A stretch of DNA of 64,000 nucleotides from an uncultured delta proteobacterium. Its GTDB lineage: Bacteria > Desulfobacterota > Desulfomonilia > UBA1062. The stretch is from assembly GCA_963785235.1 (NCBI GenBank), contig CAWAUM010000001.1:783607-847606 (forward strand). Reading direction: 5' to 3'. Under the pieces are notes generated by a model. That model was not told the origin of the DNA, did not search any database, and saw only the letters and a list, made by a program, of their open reading frames with translations. Below are positions 14,297 through 23,140 of this stretch, in pieces (position 1 is the first letter of the stretch; every line of letters begins with the position of its first letter). Made by a program: the position numbers and the translations under genes.

Positions 14297-15298
14297 CTAT
14301 TTCATTGTCCTCTTGCATGCTCCCTGCAGGTTGAAGAGCACCAAGCACAGCAGCGTGAAATAGACCGTGTCGAGAACATGCTCGAAGTAATGCGACGCGA
14401 TCAGGTAGTAAACCGAAAGCGCGGATCCACGGGCAAATCCTGGCCTCTGCGCCATGGTCCCGATGCCCGCCCCCAGCGCCGCTGTGACCTGATACGCCAG
14501 CAGGGCGGTGAAGAGCAAGGCCAGGACCGCCGAAAACAGCCATACTTTGGCGGGGAAAGCGCCGTGGCGGAGTGTTCCTTCCCTGGCCTTTTTCCTGAAA
14601 AAAAAGTAGAGCGGCAGCGGAAAGTAGATAAGAGGGAATGTCGCGCATTCGCGGACGCTGTGGGCCAGGTAGCGCGGATCAGTCCACGTGGAGAGCGGCG
14701 CATAGAGGCTTGCGCCGTTGAACAGCAGCGTGAGGAGGAACAGCAGAATGAACCCCGCACCGACGAAAACGACTCCCCGACAGCTAACGGCCAGAGGGAC
14801 ATGAAAGACGTGCATGAGAATCATGAGGTAGCAGGGAATGGCAAGGGGCATGAGCATCGTACTGGGCAGGTGCAGGTTCCATGACCCGCCTCTCGTGTAG
14901 ACCGTCATGTTCTGCTTCTCCTGGAGCACGAAGGCAAGAGTGTCATCGATGCCGAACCAAACCAGGCTGACGGTAATTGCGGCAATTATGAAAAGGCCCA
15001 GCGCCGTGGCGCTTCGCCTGAGGTGCGACGCTTCATCGCCCTGCGTTGAAGGAACTGCGAGGCAGAGATAAGTCCCGGTGAAGATGAGCGCGTACACTGT
15101 GTGGACGGGAACATGCCCGAGGAAATGCGACGCGTACAAAACGGTCTGCAGGAGGCTGTACGCACCGCCTTCATGGATGACTGTATCCAAGAGGAAGACC
15201 TTCCGGTGGTACAGCGCCAGGTAGACGTACGAGACGATGTATGTCGCCAGAGGAATGAGCAGAAGAAGTTCCATTTTCAGGGATCGGTCCTTCATCAT
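14297..15298 (-). CDS. Uncharacterised polytopic membrane protein, His-rich
   Basis: About 8 hydrophobic segments, strong RBS GGAGGAGG, no recognised family. Confidence 0.72.
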   Translation of the reverse strand: MMKDRSLKMELLLLIPLATYIVSYVYLALYHRKVFLLDTVIHEGGAYSLLQTVLYASHFLGHVPVHTVYALIFTGTYLCLAVPSTQGDEASHLRRSATALGLFIIAAITVSLVWFGIDDTLAFVLQEKQNMTVYTRGGSWNLHLPSTMLMPLAIPCYLMILMHVFHVPLAVSCRGVVFVGAGFILLFLLTLLFNGASLYAPLSTWTDPRYLAHSVRECATFPLIYFPLPLYFFFRKKAREGTLRHGAFPAKVWLFSAVLALLFTALLAYQVTAALGAGIGTMAQRPGFARGSALSVYYLIASHYFEHVLDTVYFTLLCLVLFNLQGACKRTMK

Positions 15299-15469
15299 CC
15301 TCCTCCTCCGGAATCCCCCTCGGCGGACCCGGTCCGCACGGTTTCACAAGTGCAACACATTCTGTGGGGTCGGTATGAAGTAAACAGGCAGCATCATTAT
15401 CTGCAATTAACATGATTTTTTCATGGAATAGCAATACTAATAAACAAGGTCATCCATTTCTCCATAAGG

Positions 15470-15489
15470 AAATCCGGGGACACCATACT
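15470..15489 (+). repeat. REP-like repeat, copy 2
   Basis: Identical 20-mer to 13141. Confidence 0.85.
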
Positions 15490-15617
15490 AATTTTCTTTT
15501 TGGGGAGAAAAGGAGAAAATGGGGTCATTTATCCATTCACCACTTAATCAATGGACCGATTGAAAGATCCGGTGTTGTTGAGTAGACGAATAATTAGGAG
15601 AATCTGTATGAAGGGAT

Positions 15618-16232
15618 ATGGGCTCTATAATATATCGTCGGGATAATGCTCAGGCGGGAATAATGAATCAGAAAAGGGTATCCAGGAGGACAGGGACTGC
15701 ATATCACGAGGCGGGTCATGCAGTATGCGCATACCTGGTTCGTAAGAAGTTCAGGTATGTAACTATCAGGGCCAATGGGGAATACGAAGGGTATATGCGG
15801 CATTATCAAAGGAGGGAAGCTTTCCTGTCCGATGGTGAGGAAAAGGCGAGGACGAGAACCTCCATGGAGAAAGACATGATGGTTTCCCTGGCAGGAGGCG
15901 CTGCCGTATTTCTCCTGACCGGCAAGCATGACTACATCGGAAAATGGTCTGATGATCACAAGGTCATGGACCTTGCTGAATATGTATGCAAATCCAGGCG
16001 TGAGTGCGAGGCATATATCAACTGGCTGTTTATCCGTTGTGAATCCATGCTGAGATCCCCGGCAAACTGGCATGCGGTGGAAACCCTTGCAGAAGAACTC
16101 CTTGCGAAGGAGACCATAAGCTACAGAAAGGCCGTGGAACTCATCAAGGCCGCCAAGAGGCAATTCAGACGGGGAAGGTGGGAGGATACTCCGGCCCAAG
16201 CCCTTTCTGTACGTGGAGGGCGGCGGCCATAA
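15618..16232 (+). CDS. Stand-alone FtsH/M41-like zinc peptidase domain protein (start may be 15663)
   Basis: TAYHEAGHAV, SLAGGAA, a downstream Asp, and VETLAEELLAKETI; no AAA or TM domain. Confidence 0.75.
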   Translation: MGSIIYRRDNAQAGIMNQKRVSRRTGTAYHEAGHAVCAYLVRKKFRYVTIRANGEYEGYMRHYQRREAFLSDGEEKARTRTSMEKDMMVSLAGGAAVFLLTGKHDYIGKWSDDHKVMDLAEYVCKSRRECEAYINWLFIRCESMLRSPANWHAVETLAEELLAKETISYRKAVELIKAAKRQFRRGRWEDTPAQALSVRGGRRP

Positions 16233-16264
16233 CGAAATCCTGGCTGTTGGGAGAGGAACAGTGA

Positions 16265-16316
16265 AAATCCGGGGACACCATACTAATTAATTCTGGAAAA
16301 TAGGTATAGTGTCCCC
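16265..16316 (+). repeat. REP-like repeat, copy 3, complete hairpin
   Basis: GGGGACACCATAC...GTATAGTGTCCCC inverted pair. Confidence 0.85.
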
Positions 16317-16344
16317 AGGTTATAAATATTTCTACCTGAAGAGT

Positions 16345-16677
16345 TTACTTTGCCTTTTTCTTTGCAGCCTTTGCCGCTGCTGCCTTCGGCTTTGCAGCCT
16401 TTACCACTGCCTTAGGTTTCGCAGCCTTTGCCGCTGCTGCCTTCGGTTTTGCAGTCTTTGCCACCGCCTTAGGTTTCGTAGCCTTTGCCGCTGCTGCCTT
16501 CTTCTTTACAGCCGCCTTCGGTTTAGCAGCCTTTGCCACCGCCTTCGGTTTCGTAGCTTTTGCCACTGCAGCCTTTGGCTTAACAGCCTTTGCTGCTGCT
16601 GCCTTCGGTTTCGCAGTCGTTGCCGCTGCCTTTACGGGTTTCTTTTTTACTGCCTTCTTAACTGCCGTTTTTGCCAT
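16345..16677 (-). CDS. Histone H1-like Lys/Ala/Pro-rich basic protein
   Basis: After the Met it contains only K, A, P, V and T (KPKAAAAKAA repeats); RBS GGAGGAGG. Confidence 0.8.
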   Translation of the reverse strand: MAKTAVKKAVKKKPVKAAATTAKPKAAAAKAVKPKAAVAKATKPKAVAKAAKPKAAVKKKAAAAKATKPKAVAKTAKPKAAAAKAAKPKAVVKAAKPKAAAAKAAKKKAK

Positions 16678-16695
16678 AAAATCCTCCTCCCTTAG

Positions 16696-17871
16696 TTACT
16701 CTTTATCCTCTGTGTCTTCATTCTCTTCCAGAACAATGTCATCCACATCTAAAACATATTCAGCATCAAGTTCATTGACAACCTCGTGCAGGTCTTCATT
16801 CTCACCCGGGGCAATATGGAGTGGTTCTGTTTTTGCCACGTAAGCTGAACGTTGTTTCCCCCTGCGCTTGCGAGCCGCTTTTATCAATCCATCAAGCTGA
16901 TTAGCTCCACATGACGGGCAAAGAGGTTGTGGTCTACCTAAATCATAAAACTTGATGCCACACTTATAGCACTTGTACCGTTTCCCAAGGCCTACGGAAG
17001 AAACCATAACCTTCTGAGTTTGAATCTTTTCAGTCACAATAACATCTTTTTTCTCAGATACCTGATCCATCTCAGAAGAAATTACCTTTGTCTCGAATGT
17101 CTTCTCTTTGACTGCCGGAGCAGCTTTTTTCTCGACATGCTTTTCTGCTTTTCCTGCCGGCTTGCCCTTGACGGGTTGTTTCTTCACTGCAGCAGGAAGC
17201 ACAGGGCCTTTGGATGGTTTCGCCTTGACTACCGGGGCTTCTTTTATCTTGCTCTGCTGCGCTGCTTTTCCGGCAGGTTTACCCTTGACTGGTTGTTTCT
17301 TCTTTGCAGCAGGAAGCACAGGACCCTTGGATGGTTTCGCCTTGACTACCGGGGCTTCTTTTATCTTGCTCTGCTGCGCTGCTTTTCCGGCAGGCTTACC
17401 CTTGACTGGTTGTTTCTTCTTTGCAGCAGGAAGCACAGAGCCTTTGGATGGCTTCGCCTTGACTACCGGGGCTTTTTTTATCTTGCTCTGCTGCGCTGCT
17501 TTTCCGGCAGGCTTACCCTTGACTGGTTGTTTCTTTTTTGCAGCAGGAAGCAAAGAGCCCTTGGATGGCTTCGCCTTGACTATCGGGGCCTCCTTTTTCT
17601 TGCTCAACTGCGCTGCTTTTCCTGCCGGCTTGCCCTTGACTGGTTGCTTCTTCACTGCAGAAGTTTGTACAGGGTTCTTGGATGGCTTCCCTTTGATTAT
17701 CGGAGCTTCTTTTTTCTTGTGCTGCATCTCTGCTTTTCCAACAACCTTTTTATTTTGAGGGTTCTTCTTATGGGCTAATGAAACACTGCTTTTACGAGAT
17801 TCCTTCTTAACTGCAGGCCCAGTCTTCTTTTTCTCAGGATGATTTTTATTGAGTTTGTTTAGTGATCGCAT
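16696..17871 (-). CDS. Lys-rich repeat protein with C-terminal FYDLN-acid (TIGR02300-like) zinc ribbon
   Basis: 39-aa tandem repeats, then LGKRYKCYKCGIKFYDLGRPQPLCPSCG and an acidic tail; RBS GGAAGGA. Confidence 0.8.
   Translation of the reverse strand: MRSLNKLNKNHPEKKKTGPAVKKESRKSSVSLAHKKNPQNKKVVGKAEMQHKKKEAPIIKGKPSKNPVQTSAVKKQPVKGKPAGKAAQLSKKKEAPIVKAKPSKGSLLPAAKKKQPVKGKPAGKAAQQSKIKKAPVVKAKPSKGSVLPAAKKKQPVKGKPAGKAAQQSKIKEAPVVKAKPSKGPVLPAAKKKQPVKGKPAGKAAQQSKIKEAPVVKAKPSKGPVLPAAVKKQPVKGKPAGKAEKHVEKKAAPAVKEKTFETKVISSEMDQVSEKKDVIVTEKIQTQKVMVSSVGLGKRYKCYKCGIKFYDLGRPQPLCPSCGANQLDGLIKAARKRRGKQRSAYVAKTEPLHIAPGENEDLHEVVNELDAEYVLDVDDIVLEENEDTEDKE
17110..17720 (-). repeat. Intragenic 117-bp tandem repeat, about 5 units
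   Basis: CCCTTGAC anchor at 17165, 17282, 17399, 17516 and 17633 (period 117). Boundaries are approximate. Confidence 0.92.
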
Positions 17872-18131
17872 CCTTTTATCCTTCCTGCAATATTATATCG
17901 ATTTAACGATCTAATTTCATTAACATAATGTATACAAAGATAAATTACCGTTCCCCATCAAGCGAAAGGGAAGAAGGGGACAGATTTTTAAGAAAGAAAA
18001 GCTCTAGTAAAATCAAGGGATACCATGCCCTTTTATCGATCTCGGCATATAATCATCGTATACTATTGTCATACAAAAAATATCTGTATATACCTGACGT
18101 AAACATCATCGGCTACAGGAAGGGGTTCATC

Positions 18132-19355
18132 ATGAGAGATGTTGTTGTCATCGGAGCCGGGCTTCATCGTTACGGGATGTTTCCTGATAAAACCACTGTT
18201 GATATGGGCATGGAGGCGATTTCCCTGGCGCTCAACGATGCGGGCATGGCCTGGAAAGACATTGAGGCCGCTTACTGCGGCACGGTGCAGCCCGGTGCAT
18301 CCGGGGGGCATGCCATCTGCAATACAATGGGATATACGGGCCTGGGCATTACCATTGTGGAAAATGCGTCCGCCAGTGGATCATCCGCATTCAGGGAGGC
18401 GTACCTGTCCGTCGCCTCCGGAGAAAATGATATCGTGCTTGCCTTCGGCATCGATAAACTCGGCTCGCAGCTCCTGGCGCCACCGCCGCCGCAGCCGAAG
18501 CCAGAAAACGCGGCGCAGCCCGAGACCAAACAGCCGCAGCCGAAGCCGGAAAATGTGGCGCCGCCCGAGCCCAAACAGTCTCAGCCGGAGCCGGAAAATG
18601 ACGAAAGGGTGGATTCGAAGTTCAAAAAGGTACTGCCGGTCCAATACTTTGCAGATCTGGCCCAGCACTACATGAAAGAATACGGCGTCACGCGCCAACA
18701 GCTGGGCCAGGTTTCAGTCAAGAGCCATTTCAACGCCAGCCTGAATCCCTATGCGCACTTTCAGAAGCCATGCACACTGGAGCAGGCCAATAATGCCCGC
18801 ATGGTGGTAGATCCCCTGACGGTGCTGCACTGCTGCCCTATGGATGACGGGGCTGCAGCGGTCATCGTCTGCGCAAAGGAAACAGCAAAAAGATATACCG
18901 ACAAACTGTGTCCGACTGTCGCCGCATCTGTCAACAAAAGTACGCCCCCAGATGGCGATTTCTTTGTCACCCTGACCAGGCTGGCCTCCCGGGAAGCCTA
19001 TAAAAAGGCCGGCATCACTCCGGAAGACCTGGATCTCATCGAACTGCACGACGCCTTCACCATCGAAGAGATAATCTATCTGGAAGCGCTTGGCTTATGT
19101 GAAACGGGGCAGGGGGGGAAGCTGGTTGAAGAAGGCGTGACGGCCATTACCGGGAAGCATCCCATCAATACGAGCGGCGGCCTGATTTCCATGGGGCATC
19201 CTGTCGGGCCCACGGGTATCGGCCAGGTGGCCGAGATCCTCTGGCAGATGCGCCGTCAGTGCGGCAAACGGCAGATCCCAAAGCCTGTCAATTATGCCCT
19301 GGCCCAGATGGTCGGCGCGGGCGGTGTCTGTGTTGTTCACGTGTTCAAAAAGTGA
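18132..19355 (+). CDS. SCP-x-type thiolase-family protein lacking the usual nucleophilic Cys
   Basis: VENASASG in place of ENACASG; ELHDAF and SGGLISMGHPVGPTG; internal Pro/Gln repeat. Confidence 0.88.
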   Translation: MRDVVVIGAGLHRYGMFPDKTTVDMGMEAISLALNDAGMAWKDIEAAYCGTVQPGASGGHAICNTMGYTGLGITIVENASASGSSAFREAYLSVASGENDIVLAFGIDKLGSQLLAPPPPQPKPENAAQPETKQPQPKPENVAPPEPKQSQPEPENDERVDSKFKKVLPVQYFADLAQHYMKEYGVTRQQLGQVSVKSHFNASLNPYAHFQKPCTLEQANNARMVVDPLTVLHCCPMDDGAAAVIVCAKETAKRYTDKLCPTVAASVNKSTPPDGDFFVTLTRLASREAYKKAGITPEDLDLIELHDAFTIEEIIYLEALGLCETGQGGKLVEEGVTAITGKHPINTSGGLISMGHPVGPTGIGQVAEILWQMRRQCGKRQIPKPVNYALAQMVGAGGVCVVHVFKK

Positions 19356-19477
19356 ATTGAATGAATTGGGGACGGGTTCTCATTTTTTATATGGTACTTC
19401 ATCAGATTGCACTATTTGATAAACGTTGGGACAGTAGTGATCTCTCATAAATAGTCCCTTCCACCATTTATCCCGAT

Positions 19478-20500
19478 TCAGCTGACAGGCCATGGCATTT
19501 CACCCAGGGCCATACGGCACAGGTCGGTAATAAATATTTTCGGCAGACCGGCCTTTGAGGTCTCGCCCTGCATCACCGTATCGCACATGGGGCAGATCGT
19601 TATCAGGGCCTCGGCATGGTTATCGAGGGCGTCCTTGATATTGTCGTTCTGGATCTTCATGGCGAGATCTTGGTTTACGAAGAGAGCCGGACCTCCGCAG
19701 CACAGGGCATCTACGCCCTCATATTTTCTTGAAACACACTCCACACCTATAAGCCCGAAGATTTCATTCAGCCAGACATCCTGCTGTGGCAACCACCTGA
19801 CCGCACAGTTGGGCTGGTAGGCAACCCTCTTGTTAAGCATGGTGACAGCGTTCTGATTGTCCATAAGATAGTCACGCATATGTTCGAACAGGTGCATGTA
19901 CCTGTAGGGCACGTCAATGCCGAGCTCCCTGGCTTTGAGGTGAGCCAGGATATATCCTTCATTATGAACGTAAACGATATCTTTTCCCAGTTCGGCAAAT
20001 GAATCGATAACGTTGCGGCCATATCTCCCCGCAAGGCTCTCTCCGCCCATATGGGCCATGCCGACCAGGGAAGCAAACTTTCTCCCCCGAACCACGGTCA
20101 TGCCCTTGAACATCGGGCTTCCAAGGGTGCCTTCCGGGAACTGGGTGAACGGGAAGGAGTCAAAGGACAGTGCTGGCTTGTCAGGGTCCCCTTCGATCAC
20201 CTGGACATCCCTGCTGCCGTGCTCGAACGCCTTTATCACTGCATCAATAAAAGGTTTGAAGCTCACTGCAACAGGACTCCCGAACTTCTCCTGCATCTTG
20301 TAGATGAGATTGGCCGGATCTGCCCCGGAGGGGCAGTATTGAAAGCATGCATTGCAGGTGATGCATTTGTCCAGTATATCGGCCGCCTTTGACTCCATGA
20401 GGAGTTTCATCTCGCGTACGGACTTGTCACGATCGTAATCGACATAACGGCACTTCACCAGGCAATCGCCGCAGAGATCACACTTTGAGGCATCCCACAT
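19478..20500 (-). CDS. Fe-S protein with 2x[4Fe-4S] and CCG domain (HdrD/GlpC-like)
   Basis: CDLCGDCLVKC, CITCNACFQYCP, LCCGG and ICPMC. Confidence 0.85.
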   Translation of the reverse strand: MWDASKCDLCGDCLVKCRYVDYDRDKSVREMKLLMESKAADILDKCITCNACFQYCPSGADPANLIYKMQEKFGSPVAVSFKPFIDAVIKAFEHGSRDVQVIEGDPDKPALSFDSFPFTQFPEGTLGSPMFKGMTVVRGRKFASLVGMAHMGGESLAGRYGRNVIDSFAELGKDIVYVHNEGYILAHLKARELGIDVPYRYMHLFEHMRDYLMDNQNAVTMLNKRVAYQPNCAVRWLPQQDVWLNEIFGLIGVECVSRKYEGVDALCCGGPALFVNQDLAMKIQNDNIKDALDNHAEALITICPMCDTVMQGETSKAGLPKIFITDLCRMALGEMPWPVS

Positions 20501-20593
20501 TTTATCACCTCCCTTTATGTCTCTTCAGATCAAGCAAGTCCTTAAAAGAAAAAGGGGACTGATAAAGCCATGACGTCCCTCATCATAAGCACT

Positions 20594-20929
20594 TCAGGTG
20601 AAGATCTGATGGAGGACAAAGCTTATTACTGAAAAGACAATGCTGAAAAGCATGGCCCACCAGATATTCACCACTAAAAAACCGGTTACGATGGCGCTTG
20701 TCAGGAGCACGAGCAAACCGTTCAGGACAAGGATGAAGAGCCCCAGTGTGATAATGGTGAAAGGAAAGGTCAGCACAACCAGGATGGGCCGCAGTACGGC
20801 ATTGATGAGCCCGAGCACCAGGGCTGTCACCAGTGCTGTCCCGAAGCTCTGGATCGAAACTCCGGGCAGCAGGTAGGCAGTGATCATGATCGACGCCGTC
20901 ATCAGAAGCCACTTGATAAGTATCTTCAT
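20594..20929 (-). CDS. YvlD-like 4-TM membrane protein (phage holin family IV)
   Basis: LGLINAVLRPILVVLTFPFTIITLGLFILVLNG signature. Confidence 0.88.
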   Translation of the reverse strand: MKILIKWLLMTASIMITAYLLPGVSIQSFGTALVTALVLGLINAVLRPILVVLTFPFTIITLGLFILVLNGLLVLLTSAIVTGFLVVNIWWAMLFSIVFSVISFVLHQIFT

Positions 20930-20983
20930 GGAAACCTCCAATTACGCTTTAAGGGAAAAAGGAAGCAGGTTTTTTCAAAAATA

Positions 20984-21673
20984 TCATTTGAGTTCGATCC
21001 ATGTTGCCTTTGCTTTGGCGCAAAGCCCGTCTGATTCGGAGAACACCGCAGTGCCCGCATGATATTTTCTGCCGTCCTGAGCAATTCTCCAGCCGATCAC
21101 GATACATGGCACATCTTCTTTTATATCATTGAGGATAGCTACGGCAAGCTTTCCAAGGACAATGGTCCTGGGTATATCCCTCATGGCAGCAAAGGCGCCG
21201 GGGCAGTCGAGAGCCGCCCAGATGAATTCATGCCTTACCAATCCATGGCGATCGCTCAGATCGGCGTAAGGTATCCATGGTGTTGCAACCATCCGGCCGC
21301 CCGGCACCGGACCGGGGAAAATTCTCATTCCATCCCCTACGGCACGCTCGGGGCCACAGACGAAGCAGCGTGGAAAGGGGTGGTGCTTGAATCCCAGATA
21401 GTCTTTCGATGCGCTCTGTGCCTCGGCATAGGCAGGTGGTGTTGGGACTTCCAGTTCAAGGGCCACCTTACGGGCTTCAGCCACGAGCGTACCACCATCC
21501 ATAAGGGTGACATGATCATCGCCCATGATGTTGACCTCAAGAGGGCTCTCAAGAGGAGGAGGTATCCGGAGAGTGACCTCTGCAGGGCCTTGTATGAAGC
21601 TCCCGAGCAGGCCGCACACATAACCGCCCTGTCCTGACGTTGAAGGCCCGCAGTACCTGTTTCCAATGAGCAT
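20984..21673 (-). CDS. Double hot-dog fold thioesterase-like protein
   Basis: CGPSTSGQGGY, TLRIPPPLE, HPFPRCFVCGP and WAALDCPG. Confidence 0.75.
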   Translation of the reverse strand: MLIGNRYCGPSTSGQGGYVCGLLGSFIQGPAEVTLRIPPPLESPLEVNIMGDDHVTLMDGGTLVAEARKVALELEVPTPPAYAEAQSASKDYLGFKHHPFPRCFVCGPERAVGDGMRIFPGPVPGGRMVATPWIPYADLSDRHGLVRHEFIWAALDCPGAFAAMRDIPRTIVLGKLAVAILNDIKEDVPCIVIGWRIAQDGRKYHAGTAVFSESDGLCAKAKATWIELK

Positions 21674-21853
21674 GATTCCTCCTTAATATATTCATTATAA
21701 CCTACGATTTATTTTTTCACCACGTATTGACTCTGAAATACTTCGAGAACCCGGATTGCCGGATATATTCAAAGACATCCGTATGGTTTTCATTGGAGAA
21801 GCCCGCATTATCCTGTTATGTAATTGGTCCTATCAATAATGCAGGAGAAGATC

Positions 21854-22324
21854 ATGGACACGACGGAAGAGCGTAGCAAACATTTGGAAATGATAAGGGA
21901 GCTTGCGAACAGCTCTCCCTTTTATCGTCATGTGCAGATGCAGGTAACCGGGTTCACCCAGCAGGGATGCATCATGAACATGGTCGTAGAGCACCAGCAT
22001 ACAAACCTCTTCGGCAACACTCACGGCGGGGCTGTTGCATCACTGGCTGACTCCGCGTGCGGAGTATCGCTTGCCGTGGCACTCGAAGGTAATGAATATG
22101 CCGTGACCCAGCACCTTGATGTGAGTTACCTCAAACCCTCCACCAAAGGAATATTACGTGCTGAAGGGAGATTGCTCTCGCGCGGCAAGAATTCAGCAGT
22201 ACTTGAAGCGGACATATTCAATGAATCGGGCGAGAAGGTTGCCCATGCCCATACTATCCACAGTATACGCAGGAGGCCGGGCGGATTCATTCAAGAGGAC
22301 GCAGAAGATATGAATAAGAAATAG
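21854..22324 (+). CDS. PaaI-family thioesterase
   Basis: HTNLFGNTHGGAVASLADSACG; RBS AGGAG before ATG 21854. Confidence 0.88.
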   Translation: MDTTEERSKHLEMIRELANSSPFYRHVQMQVTGFTQQGCIMNMVVEHQHTNLFGNTHGGAVASLADSACGVSLAVALEGNEYAVTQHLDVSYLKPSTKGILRAEGRLLSRGKNSAVLEADIFNESGEKVAHAHTIHSIRRRPGGFIQEDAEDMNKK

Positions 22325-22436
22325 TAAGGTAGGGACCATTTTTCAAGAACCACGAATCTGGTGGTGCTGCCCTTGAAAGATGCTTCGGGCGAAGGCCACC
22401 TTCATTGTTACGGCAATTCATGCTAAGGTCTTTTCC

Positions 22437-23018
22437 ATGAGCATTAAAGCAAAGGGCACCCGGGGGCGGGACAAATCCGTTTCAAGGGATTTCATCGAGG
22501 AATGCGCCATTGCCCTGTTTCAATCCAAAGGTGTGGAGAAGACATCGATCAGTGAGATTGTGGCAAAGACCGGAATCGCAAAGGGTACGTTTTATCTTTA
22601 TTTCAAGGATAAGGATGACCTTGTGGATGCCGTCATCAGCCGGCATACAAAAGAATTTCTGGATCAGGTCATCATCCCCTTTCAGAATGTACCCAGGATT
22701 ATCATCCTCGCAGATGCAATCATCAGCTATTTCGCCCAAAACCCGATGCTGCTCATCGAGCTCAGGAAGAACCTCTTCAGCGACAAGCCGTTCCCCTCCA
22801 CCCGGGAAACCGTCAAAGGCTTTTCCGAAATAATCCTTGCCTACCTGAACCAGTACGAAGACTACAAGGTCAGCAATTGGGAGGTATACACCAAGGTCGT
22901 TCTGGGGATGATTCTGGATGTCTGCCACAAGGCCCTGATCGAAGAGAAATTCACTTCTGCAGAAGAGACAAGTAACATGCTGAGTGATCTCCTGAAGCGC
23001 TTCTTCAGCTGCGACTGA
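22437..23018 (+). CDS. TetR/AcrR-family regulator
   Basis: LFQSKGVEKTSISEIVAKTGIAKGTFYLYFKDKDDL. Confidence 0.92.
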   Translation: MSIKAKGTRGRDKSVSRDFIEECAIALFQSKGVEKTSISEIVAKTGIAKGTFYLYFKDKDDLVDAVISRHTKEFLDQVIIPFQNVPRIIILADAIISYFAQNPMLLIELRKNLFSDKPFPSTRETVKGFSEIILAYLNQYEDYKVSNWEVYTKVVLGMILDVCHKALIEEKFTSAEETSNMLSDLLKRFFSCD

Positions 23019-23026
23019 TTTACCTC

Positions 23027-23055
23027 TTGCATTTAATGACCTGCGGTCATAAAAT
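23027..23055 (+). promoter_or_regulatory. sigma70 promoter with embedded palindromic operator (probable TetR site)
   Basis: TTGCAT-17 nt-TAAAAT, with ATGACC-TGC-GGTCAT (23036-23050) in the spacer. Confidence 0.7.
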
Positions 23056-23140
23056 GACTTCATGCCTTCCACAAAACAAACATGGAGTTATTCTATAACG
23101 AAAATAAGGACCGCCAATCTTTATGAAGAGGAGATAAAGG

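Noticed and set aside
16309-17778. Cys/Phe-rich repetitive plus-strand ORFs (RiPP- or metallothionein-like appearance)
   Set aside because: They are antisense shadows of the Lys/Ala-rich minus-strand genes, which have RBSs and, in one case, a recognisable domain.
20594-20929. Prophage suggested by a 'phage holin family' gene
   Set aside because: YvlD-type proteins are common chromosomal genes and there are no other phage genes.
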